Positions 1 through 7,354 are shown, counted from the first letter of the stretch. The stretch is DNA of 7,572 bases from Candidatus Saccharimonadota bacterium (GCF_012571345.1 NZ_CP046218.1:174133-181704), one strand, 5' to 3'. Notes: generated by a model not told the origin, from the letters alone. Made by a program: numbers and translations.

Positions 1-1484
1 AAAGAATCAATACGTTTTTTGTTAATCAAAATATTTACACATGTAATATTAGTAATTTTAAATTTAATAAAATAATAATCTAATGAAGCATATCCTTTAG
101 TAATAGATTTTAATTGGTCAAAAAAATTTACAATAACTTCCGCCATAGGTATTTCATATACTAACATAATATGTTTAGTATGATAAACAATATTTATTTG
201 TATTCCATGTTTACTAATACATAATTTTATAATATTCCCGATATATTTGATAGGAGTAAATATTTTACATTTTACAATAGGTTCTTTAATATTATGAATA
301 TGATATAATGGTGGGAATTTTGCAGGATTATTTTCATAAATAACTTGTTTATTGTTCGTTTCAATTTGATATGTTACTGTTGGTGTAGTAATAATAATTT
401 CTATACTATATTCACGTAATAAGCGTTGTTGAATAATTTCCATATGCAGCAATCCTAAAAATCCACATCTATAACCAAAACCTAAGATTTCAGAATTTTC
501 TGGTTCAAATGTTAAAGATGCATCATTAAGACTAAGTTTCATTAATGCATTACTAAACATTTTATAATCATCTGTTGTTATAGGAAACAATCCCGCAAAA
601 ACTTTTGGAGTACTTTTTTTAAATCCTGGTAAAATGTGTAAAGATCTTCGTAAACATAATGTTATAGTACCTCCAATAGGTACTTCTAAAATATTTTTAG
701 TGCCTAATACAATCCAACCTACATCTCCACAACATAATTGTTTTAATACTATCTTTTTAGGAGTAAAAATACCTAGTTGTTCTGCATAATATATTTTATT
801 AGTATTCATAATAATAATTTTATTTTTTTGAGCTATAATGCCATTTTTCATACAAATTAATGCAATAACACCTAAATAATTATCAAACCAAGAATCAATA
901 ATTAATGCTTGTGCAGGTGACAATATATTACCCGAAGGACACGGAATATTATTAATAATTTCATGTAATATATTTTCTATACCTAAACCTGTTTTTGCAG
1001 AACATTTTAAGTATGGCGGTTGTGTTATATTGCCTATAATTTCTTCTATTTCCATCTCAATTTTATTTATATCTACAGTTAATAAATCAATTTTATTAAT
1101 GATAGGTATAACAGTTAATCCCATATTAATGGCTATATTATAATTTGATAAAGTTTGTGCTTCAATACCTTGACCAGCATCAATTAGTAATAAAGCACCT
1201 TCACAAGCAGCAAGAGAACGAGAAACTTCATAAGAAAAATCAACATGTCCTGGCGTATCAATAAAATTTAATGTATAATTTTTATTGTGTAAGTGATAGT
1301 ATAAAGTCACACTTTGTGCTTTAATAGTAATACCTCTTTCTTTTTCTAATTCCATCGTATCTAATACTTGAGATTTCATTTCATATTTGGATAAACCATT
1401 ACATAATTCTATTAAACGATCTGATAATGTTGTTTTACCATGATCTATATGTGCAATAATAGAAAAATTTCTAATATTTTTCAT
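1..1484 (-). CDS. lepA: Elongation factor 4 (LepA) translational GTPase. N-terminal ~494 codons; the 3' end lies beyond the left window edge.
   Basis: It is absent from the supplied ORF track only because it has no stop inside the window. My manual reverse-strand translation from ATG (1484-1482) is uninterrupted down to position 3: [64 protein letters not shown]...[61 protein letters not shown]...[41 protein letters not shown]...[40 protein letters not shown]. GTPase motifs G1 (AHIDHGKT), G3 (DTPGH) and G4 (NKID) are present, and the protein is collinear with E. coli LepA as I recall it. Confidence 0.95.
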   Translation of the reverse strand, partial: MKNIRNFSIIAHIDHGKTTLSDRLIELCNGLSKYEMKSQVLDTMELEKERGITIKAQSVTLYYHLHNKNYTLNFIDTPGHVDFSYEVSRSLAACEGALLLIDAGQGIEAQTLSNYNIAINMGLTVIPIINKIDLLTVDINKIEMEIEEIIGNITQPPYLKCSAKTGLGIENILHEIINNIPCPSGNILSPAQALIIDSWFDNYLGVIALICMKNGIIAQKNKIIIMNTNKIYYAEQLGIFTPKKIVLKQLCCGDVGWIVLGTKNILEVPIGGTITLCLRRSLHILPGFKKSTPKVFAGLFPITTDDYKMFSNALMKLSLNDASLTFEPENSEILGFGYRCGFLGLLHMEIIQQRLLREYSIEIIITTPTVTYQIETNNKQVIYENNPAKFPPLYHIHNIKEPIVKCKIFTPIKYIGNIIKLCISKHGIQINIVYHTKHIMLVYEIPMAEVIVNFFDQLKSITKGYASLDYYFIKFKITNITCVNILINKKRIDS

Positions 1485-1538
1485 AAATTTATATTTATAT
1501 TAATCACTATTATAAGCTTTATGCTAAAGATATCATGT

Positions 1539-3581
1539 TTATTTTGATATACCTTTATATTTTAATAAAGACTGTATATTTATGTTACGTCCACGAAATT
1601 TTTTAAAAACCTTTAAAATGTTTTCTGAATTACCTGTAGATAAAATTTCTTTTATAAACTTCTTACCTATAACAGGATTTATTAATCCATTTTGTTTAAA
1701 ATAATCAAATATATCTGTTGCTATTTGTTCTGACCATAAATAACTATAATAACCAGCAGCATATTCGTTACCAAAAATATGACTAAAACTATTTAAAAAT
1801 TTGTTCCATTTTGGCATAGGTGTAATTGTAACAATATCTTTTTTAATTATTTTAATTAAATTTAAAATAATTTCTTTATTGATTTTATCATATTTTTCAT
1901 TATGTATTATTATGTCTAATAAACTGAGTTCTATTTGTTTCATCATAGATAAAGATATGTTATATTTTTTTGTTGCAACTAATTGTTTAATCATATGCAT
2001 TGGCATTGATTGCTTGCTTTTATAATGTTGAGAAATTAATGCAATGATTTCTGGTTCCCAACACCAATATTCCATAAACTGACTTGGAAATTCTACTATA
2101 TCTAAAGGAATGGCATTAATTCCAGAAATATTAGGAATATTAATTACAGACATAATATGATGTAAAGCATGTCCACATTCATGAAATAAAGTTATAACAT
2201 CATAATGATTTAATAATATATGTTTATGTGTATATATAAAATTACAATTGACATATGCTATAGGATATTGTAACACACTATTTTGTTTGAGCATTCTATT
2301 TTGGTAAATATCCATCCAAGCACCATTTTGTTTTTCTGGACGTGTATATAAATCAAAATAAATACTACCATATAATTTATGATGAGTATTATATACATTA
2401 AAAAACATAACTTTATTATTCCAAGTATCGACTATTTTTTTTTTAAAAATTAAACCATATATTTTATATAATAAATTAAACATGCCATCCATAACTGCAT
2501 TTATAGGGAAATAAGATTTAATAATATTAAAATCAATATTATATAAATAAGACTTATATTTTTCAGTGAAAAACATTACATCCCAAGGTTTTATATTGAC
2601 AATATTAAATTTTTCTTTAACAAATAATTTCAAATCTTGTACTTCTTTTTTTGCAGGTATTTTAATTAATTGAACTAATTGTTTTAAAAAATGCAAAACA
2701 TGACATACTTTTTTTGCAGATTTATTATCTATAGATTTAATAGCATAAGTATTATAGCCTAATAATTGTGCTAATTTATAGCGTAATGATAATTCTTGTA
2801 TAATAATAGGAAAATTATCCCATTTACTATTTTTAATATTAGATGCTCTTGTTGTATAAGCATAATATATATTTTTTCTTAAATAATGATTAGTACTATA
2901 CATCATAATATTAATATAAATAGATTCTTCTAAAGTTATAAGATAACCTTTTTTTTGAATATATTTGGCTGCTTTTTCTTTAAAAGACTCGATAATATTT
3001 TTAGGTATACCTTTTAATGTATCTTTGTCGGTAGTATAATATTGCCAATCATTTGTGCTATCTAAAATATTATTATTAAATGTAATTTGTAAAACCGATA
3101 ATTTTTTTATAATATATTTATATACTTGATAATCTTTATATGTTAAAAGAATGCCAGATAATTTAAAATCACGTAATATATTTTTGATAGATGTTTGTTG
3201 TAAAAAATGAATTTTATTACTAATAATAATATTATTTTGAATTATTAAATATATATTGTATATTTCTTTATTATGAAAGAACCATAAGTGATAATTTGTA
3301 ATTATTTGAGTTATTTGATTATGTATTAAACGTAATTCGGGAGTACTTGTTACACAATTTAAATGATTAATAATAGAAATAATACGATTTAAATATTCGT
3401 TTAATTCTAAAATTGGTTGGCAAAAATTTTCCCAAGTATATTTACCGGAATATTTTTTTATTAAATTTGTAATTACATTACGACAGTTTCTAGTAATATC
3501 ATTAACTGCAGGTATCATATGTTCATATTTTATGATACTAAATGGAGGCAATATAAAATGAGATAATAAAATATTTTTCAT
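1539..3581 (-). CDS. prlC: Oligopeptidase A (M3 family zinc metallopeptidase)
   Basis: 680 aa ORF with an ATG start (3581-3579) and TAA stop. It is collinear with E. coli PrlC from the first residues (..LPPFS.IK.EH..PAV....YTWEN.CQP). The HEXXH zinc motif is present as FHECGHALHH. GAWMD, LPSQFME.WCWEP-like (EFPSQFMEYWCWEP) and YAAGYYSYLW blocks are also present. The length matches the E. coli protein (680 aa from memory). Confidence 0.94.
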   Translation of the reverse strand: MKNILLSHFILPPFSIIKYEHMIPAVNDITRNCRNVITNLIKKYSGKYTWENFCQPILELNEYLNRIISIINHLNCVTSTPELRLIHNQITQIITNYHLWFFHNKEIYNIYLIIQNNIIISNKIHFLQQTSIKNILRDFKLSGILLTYKDYQVYKYIIKKLSVLQITFNNNILDSTNDWQYYTTDKDTLKGIPKNIIESFKEKAAKYIQKKGYLITLEESIYINIMMYSTNHYLRKNIYYAYTTRASNIKNSKWDNFPIIIQELSLRYKLAQLLGYNTYAIKSIDNKSAKKVCHVLHFLKQLVQLIKIPAKKEVQDLKLFVKEKFNIVNIKPWDVMFFTEKYKSYLYNIDFNIIKSYFPINAVMDGMFNLLYKIYGLIFKKKIVDTWNNKVMFFNVYNTHHKLYGSIYFDLYTRPEKQNGAWMDIYQNRMLKQNSVLQYPIAYVNCNFIYTHKHILLNHYDVITLFHECGHALHHIMSVINIPNISGINAIPLDIVEFPSQFMEYWCWEPEIIALISQHYKSKQSMPMHMIKQLVATKKYNISLSMMKQIELSLLDIIIHNEKYDKINKEIILNLIKIIKKDIVTITPMPKWNKFLNSFSHIFGNEYAAGYYSYLWSEQIATDIFDYFKQNGLINPVIGKKFIKEILSTGNSENILKVFKKFRGRNINIQSLLKYKGISK

Positions 3582-3680
3582 GCTTTATTCTCTATATTTT
3601 TATACAAAAAATTAAGATATTTATTATCCTTTAAGAGTATAGTAAATACACTCATTTTTATATATTAATCTTTGTAATAT

Positions 3681-4421
3681 TCATTTAAAATTTTTTTGTC
3701 TTATAATTTCAAATAGAAAAATACCAGTGGCTACTGAAACATTTAATGAGTTAATTTTTTCTGATAATGGTATTTTACATAAAATATCACATTGTTTTTT
3801 TATAGATTGACGTATACCTTTATTTTCAGAACCAACAATTAAACATATAGGATATTGTAAATGATAATCATATATTATTGTATTACTATGTCCATCAGCT
3901 CCTATAATATTAATTTTATATTTTTTTAATAAAACAATTATATTATTAATGTTACTAACATAAATGATAGGAATCATATGTATTGCACCACAAGAAATTT
4001 TAGTAACCACTGAATTTATTTTAGCAGAAGAATGTTTTGGCAAAATAATGATATTAACTTTAGCAGCAACTGCACTTCTTATGCAAGCACCAAGATTATG
4101 TGGATCAGTAATATTATCTAAAATTAAAATTAAAGGTGATGTTATTTTTGTTAATAAAGATGTTATATGATTTTGATGATAATATAATTTTTGAGTAATA
4201 TAAGCTATTATACCTTGATGAACATGATTATTAGTTTGTTTGTCCAACCATGTTTTACATACTTTTTTAGTAGTAATATCATATTTTTTTATATAGTAAA
4301 ATAATTCTGCAATCTGTGTAGTATGTTTCCGATTTTTAGAAATAAAGATCCTTTTGCAAGATAATGGATTATATTTTAAGAGATTTATTATCGGATGTAT
4401 ACCAAAAATTACTTGTTGCAT
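3681..4421 (-). CDS. rlmB: 23S rRNA (guanosine-2'-O-)-methyltransferase RlmB (SPOUT/TrmH family)
   Basis: The ORF track gives 3681..4436, but the codon at 4436-4434 is TTG. The first ATG is at 4421-4419 and gives MQQVIFGIH, which aligns residue-for-residue with the E. coli RlmB N-terminus MSEMIYGIH. SPOUT motifs are conserved: DNITDPHNLGACIRSA, LIVGSENKGI, SLNVSVATGIFLFE. The stop is TGA at 3683-3681. Confidence 0.9.
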   Translation of the reverse strand: MQQVIFGIHPIINLLKYNPLSCKRIFISKNRKHTTQIAELFYYIKKYDITTKKVCKTWLDKQTNNHVHQGIIAYITQKLYYHQNHITSLLTKITSPLILILDNITDPHNLGACIRSAVAAKVNIIILPKHSSAKINSVVTKISCGAIHMIPIIYVSNINNIIVLLKKYKINIIGADGHSNTIIYDYHLQYPICLIVGSENKGIRQSIKKQCDILCKIPLSEKINSLNVSVATGIFLFEIIRQKNFK

Positions 4422-4461
4422 AATATTTATTAGCAATAACTAAAATATTTTATATATTACC

Positions 4462-4506
4462 ATAAATTTTTATTTTTATAAAATTTTTATTTTTATAAAA
4501 TTTATT
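4462..4506. repeat. Imperfect 17-bp tandem repeat (~2.7 copies) in the miaA-rlmB spacer
   Basis: Plus-strand copies are ATAAATTTTTATTTTT (4462-4477, one A short), ATAAAATTTTTATTTTT (4478-4494) and ATAAAATTTATT (4495-4506, partial). The repeat sits in a pure A/T run from 4462 to 4511. Confidence 0.8.
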
Positions 4507-4537
4507 AATAACATAAATATGTAATAAAAAATAATTA

Positions 4538-5491
4538 TTATATTAATTGTTTATCTACTAATTTGGCTATCGTATTATATATCATATGTTTATTAGAACT
4601 ATTTAACCATGTTACATTATCCCATTTTTTTAACCATGTCATCTGTTTTTTAGATAGATATTTTGTCATTAATATAGTTTCATTTAGCATAGTTTGAAAA
4701 TTAATTTTATTTTTAATAAAATGGAACATTTGTTTATAACCAATACAACGCATAGCTGGATAGTCATATTGTAAAACATTATTGTTTATTAACGATCTAA
4801 CTTCTTGTTCAAAACCTAACTCAATCATATTAATAATTCTATTATGAATTGCTTTAAATAATTGTGTTTGATCATAATATGTTATTGCAAATTGATGTAT
4901 AGGATATGGTATATTTAAGTTCGGAATTTTAATTAATGTACTTAATGTTTTGCCTGTTATAAAAAATATTTCTAATGCTCTCATAATCCTTCTTATATCA
5001 TTATAATGTATTTTTTTAGCAGAAATGGGATCTATAATATTTAACATATCATAATGTGTATAAAATTTATTATTGATAATTTGTTTTGTAATTAAATTTT
5101 GTATATGGATAGAAGATTTTGGTATCATAGGTGAAATAGAATACATTAATCTATAAAAATAATACATAGTACCACCAACTAATAATGGTATTTTCCCTTT
5201 TTTAATAATATTATGTATTAGCTGAATAGCATCTTGATAAAATTCGTAAACAGAATATTGTTGGCATGGTTCTCTAATATCAATTAACCAATGTTGACAA
5301 TAAAATTTATTATTTTTATTGGGTTTAGCTGTGCCAATATTCATTTCTTTATAAATTAAAGAAGCATCTACACTAATTAATTCTATCGGTAATGTATGTG
5401 CTAATTTCATAGCAATTTCAGTTTTATGAGATGCTGTTGTCCCCATTAAAAAAATAACTATAGGATTTATTTTATTTATATGTGTATTCAT
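4538..5491 (-). CDS. miaA: tRNA dimethylallyltransferase (tRNA delta2-isopentenylpyrophosphate transferase)
   Basis: 317 aa ORF with ATG at 5491-5489 and a TAA stop. It is collinear with E. coli MiaA: IFLMG.TAS.KT, ELISVD, LIYK.M.IGTAKP, IPLLVGGTMYYF, HQFAI, and a MRCIGYKQM-like block. The P-loop reads GTTASHKT instead of the GPTASGKT I recall for E. coli (see findings). Confidence 0.93.
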   Translation of the reverse strand: MNTHINKINPIVIFLMGTTASHKTEIAMKLAHTLPIELISVDASLIYKEMNIGTAKPNKNNKFYCQHWLIDIREPCQQYSVYEFYQDAIQLIHNIIKKGKIPLLVGGTMYYFYRLMYSISPMIPKSSIHIQNLITKQIINNKFYTHYDMLNIIDPISAKKIHYNDIRRIMRALEIFFITGKTLSTLIKIPNLNIPYPIHQFAITYYDQTQLFKAIHNRIINMIELGFEQEVRSLINNNVLQYDYPAMRCIGYKQMFHFIKNKINFQTMLNETILMTKYLSKKQMTWLKKWDNVTWLNSSNKHMIYNTIAKLVDKQLI

Positions 5492-7185
5492 ATTTTAATT
5501 GGTAAAAATAATTTTTTTATAAAATGTATACTAATATCAGTCATTAAAATTTCATATTCTACTAATAAATTAATAATATCATCATATTGCCAAATTTTAT
5601 TATTATAATATATATAATTTATTATCCAAAATTTTATTGTATTACAAGTAAAAATTGTTTGTGTAGATATATAATCTAATAAAGCTAAAAGTATTTTTTT
5701 TACAGAAATTTTTATTAAAAAAATAGGACAAGCAATAATATTTATTTGATATAAAACAATACTGTTTTGTTGAAAAATAAACCCTAACATCACTAAATAT
5801 TGTTTAATTTTAGTAAATAGTAAATATTCATAACTAGACAATAGAATAGTAATCATAGGATTGTACAATTGTTTACGAATATTAATTTCTATTAAATTTT
5901 TATTAAAAATATTATAAAATAATAATGCTACTATATCTTTAATAACTAATTTATATAAATTATTTTTTTGTACTATTATTAAATAAATATTATTTATAAT
6001 TAATAAAAATTTACCAAAATTTTTAAAATGATATACAGGTTTTGTGTCTAAAAACACAAGATTTTTTTTTGAAATTTTAGTTGAAACATTTTTTGTTATC
6101 TGATTAATATTTTGATTAATAAATACATTTTCTAAATCATGAGATGTAAAATATGTTGTATTTTTTAATGTAATTTTTTTATTAATTAAATTTTCTTTAT
6201 TTGTAATAATTTTTAATATACTTTGTAAGATTAAATCATATATATATTCTATATTATAGAATAAAATATCTGTTTTTTGCGGATGAATATTAATATTTAT
6301 ATTTTTAGATTGAATATTTAAATATATAACATAAGAATATTGTTCATTTGTAATATTATTTTGCAATAACACTGATTTAATAGTTCTTGAAATAAACTTA
6401 TTATATATAATTCTTTTATTAACAAAAATATACTTTATAGATTTTTTTGTATTCAAACTTAAAAAACCATATAATTTCATATTATGAAGTTGGTGAGATA
6501 TATTTAATTGATTATAAAGACATTCTTTTCCACAAATTATTTTTATCCGTTTTATATAAGATAAATTATTTGTTACCTTTTCAAAATTGTAAATAATTTT
6601 GTTATTATAATAAAAAATGATGTGCGTGTCTAATGATATTAAAATGATACCTTTAATAATATTTTTAATATGAAAAAATTCTATTTGTTCATTAGAAAAA
6701 AAAATTTTTTTTACCGGCATATTAAAAAATAAATTTGATACTAGTACAGTTGTGCCTTGTGGATGTGCAATAGGATTGATAAAAATTTTGTTACTGCCAA
6801 CATCTTGAGTATATAATTTCCAACCTACTAACTGTGTACAAATATTTGATCGTATTTCTATTTGCGATACTGTTCTAATACTAGCTAATGCTTCACCACG
6901 GAAGCCTAATGTATAAATATTATCTAAATCATCAATATTTTTAATTTTACTAGTTGTATATTTCTGTAAACATAATAATAAATCATCTTTATTCATACCA
7001 ATACCATTATCATATACTTTAATAGTTTTTAGACCTCCTCTTTCAACATTAATTTTAATATATGAAGATTTTGCATCAATACTATTTTCTATCAGTTCTT
7101 TTATAATAGAAGCCGGTCGTTTTATGACTTCACCAGCAGCAATTTTATTAATAATTTCTGAAGATAAAATTTTAATAGAAGACAT
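5488..7185 (-). CDS. mutL: DNA mismatch repair protein MutL (GHKL ATPase, E. coli/MutH-dependent type)
   Basis: 565 aa ORF with ATG at 7185-7183. The stop is TGA at 5490-5488 and overlaps the miaA ATG. GHKL motifs are conserved: IAAGEV..RPAS..KEL.ENS.DA, YDNGIGM, LGFRGEALASI, HPQGTTV. The C-terminal dimerisation domain is recognisable (FGKFLLII... aligns with E. coli FGRVLTIV...). No DQHA..E....E endonuclease motif is visible. Confidence 0.93.
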   Translation of the reverse strand: MSSIKILSSEIINKIAAGEVIKRPASIIKELIENSIDAKSSYIKINVERGGLKTIKVYDNGIGMNKDDLLLCLQKYTTSKIKNIDDLDNIYTLGFRGEALASIRTVSQIEIRSNICTQLVGWKLYTQDVGSNKIFINPIAHPQGTTVLVSNLFFNMPVKKIFFSNEQIEFFHIKNIIKGIILISLDTHIIFYYNNKIIYNFEKVTNNLSYIKRIKIICGKECLYNQLNISHQLHNMKLYGFLSLNTKKSIKYIFVNKRIIYNKFISRTIKSVLLQNNITNEQYSYVIYLNIQSKNININIHPQKTDILFYNIEYIYDLILQSILKIITNKENLINKKITLKNTTYFTSHDLENVFINQNINQITKNVSTKISKKNLVFLDTKPVYHFKNFGKFLLIINNIYLIIVQKNNLYKLVIKDIVALLFYNIFNKNLIEINIRKQLYNPMITILLSSYEYLLFTKIKQYLVMLGFIFQQNSIVLYQINIIACPIFLIKISVKKILLALLDYISTQTIFTCNTIKFWIINYIYYNNKIWQYDDIINLLVEYEILMTDISIHFIKKLFLPIKI

Positions 7186-7229
7186 ATATAAATCATTTAT
7201 TTTTGTTATATATTGTAATTATAAATGTT

Positions 7230-7303
7230 AGCGGGAAACGAGATTCGAACTCGCGACCCCAACCATGGCAAGGTTGTGCTCTACCATACTGAGCTATTCC
7301 CGC
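7230..7303 (-). tRNA. glyV: tRNA-Gly, anticodon GCC (74 nt including discriminator U; no encoded CCA)
   Basis: The reverse complement reads GCGGGAATAGCTCAGTATGGTAGAGCACAACCTTGCCATGGTTGGGGTCGCGAGTTCGAATCTCGTTTCCCGCT. It folds as a canonical cloverleaf: acceptor GCGGGAA/TTCCCGC, D stem GCTC/GAGC, anticodon stem CAACC/GGTTG with loop TTGCCAT, and T stem GCGAG/CTCGT with a TTCGAAT loop. It is near-identical to E. coli tRNA-Gly(GCC) as I recall it. It stands out as a clear GC-rich island in AT-rich flanks. Confidence 0.96.
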
Positions 7304-7319
7304 ATAATATATTTTATAC

Positions 7320-7349
7320 AATATAAAGCTATATAATATAAAGCTATAC
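7320..7349. repeat. 15-bp tandem duplication (2 copies, 14/15 identical) just upstream of the tRNA-Gly 5' end
   Basis: Plus-strand copies are AATATAAAGCTATAT (7320-7334) and AATATAAAGCTATAC (7335-7349). The repeat lies 16 nt from the mature tRNA 5' end (7303) on the transcribed minus strand. Confidence 0.85.
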
Positions 7350-7354
7350 GGTCT

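Noticed and set aside
1-1484. Possible lepA pseudogene, since no ORF is listed here in the track
   Set aside because: Manual translation shows one uninterrupted frame from the ATG at 1484 to the window edge, with all GTPase motifs intact. The ORF is unlisted only because it has no stop inside the window.
1509-1514. Perfect TATAAT (minus strand) 24 nt upstream of the lepA ATG as a lepA promoter
   Set aside because: No acceptable -35 lies at 16-18 nt (the best is CATGAT, 0/6) and there is no TG extension. At this composition TATAAT is expected dozens of times by chance in a window of this size, so it is not reportable as a feature.
1517-1529. Hairpin CTTTA-TGC-TAAAG after the prlC stop as an intrinsic terminator
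   Set aside because: The stem is only 5 bp and almost entirely A/T, the loop is only 3 nt, and no T-run follows on the transcribed strand. It is indistinguishable from chance in this sequence.
1801-2025. 74-aa plus-strand ORF from the ORF track (MFHFGIGVIVTISFLIIL...)
   Set aside because: It lies entirely antisense within the well-supported prlC CDS. Its Phe/Ile/Leu-rich composition is what the reverse complement of Lys/Asn/Ile-rich coding sequence produces. I recognise no motif in it.
3582-3680. Heat-shock (sigma32) promoter for prlC, as in E. coli. The minus strand has CTTAAAG (3636-3630), resembling the CTTGAAA -35 element.
   Set aside because: The downstream -10 region at the proper spacing reads TTAATTTT, which has no resemblance to CCCCATNT. 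A partial -35 match alone is not meaningful.
3964-4170. 68-aa plus-strand ORF from the ORF track (MIGIICIAPQEILV...)
   Set aside because: It lies entirely antisense within rlmB, opposite the most conserved SPOUT motif region. It is most likely a shadow ORF.
3681-5490. Alternative genetic code (TGA read as Trp), as in some tiny AT-rich symbiont genomes
   Set aside because: TGA terminates both rlmB (3683-3681) and mutL (5490-5488) exactly where the orthologous proteins end. Conserved Trp positions are encoded by TGG, for example DTW at 2424-2422 in prlC. The standard code fits.
7218-7223. TATAAT (minus strand) immediately after the tRNA 3' end as a dedicated mutL promoter
   Set aside because: The corresponding -35 position falls inside the tRNA T-arm, and the best match (TTCGAA) sits at a non-permissive 20-nt spacing. 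It is likely a chance hexamer. Co-transcription with the tRNA is at least as plausible.
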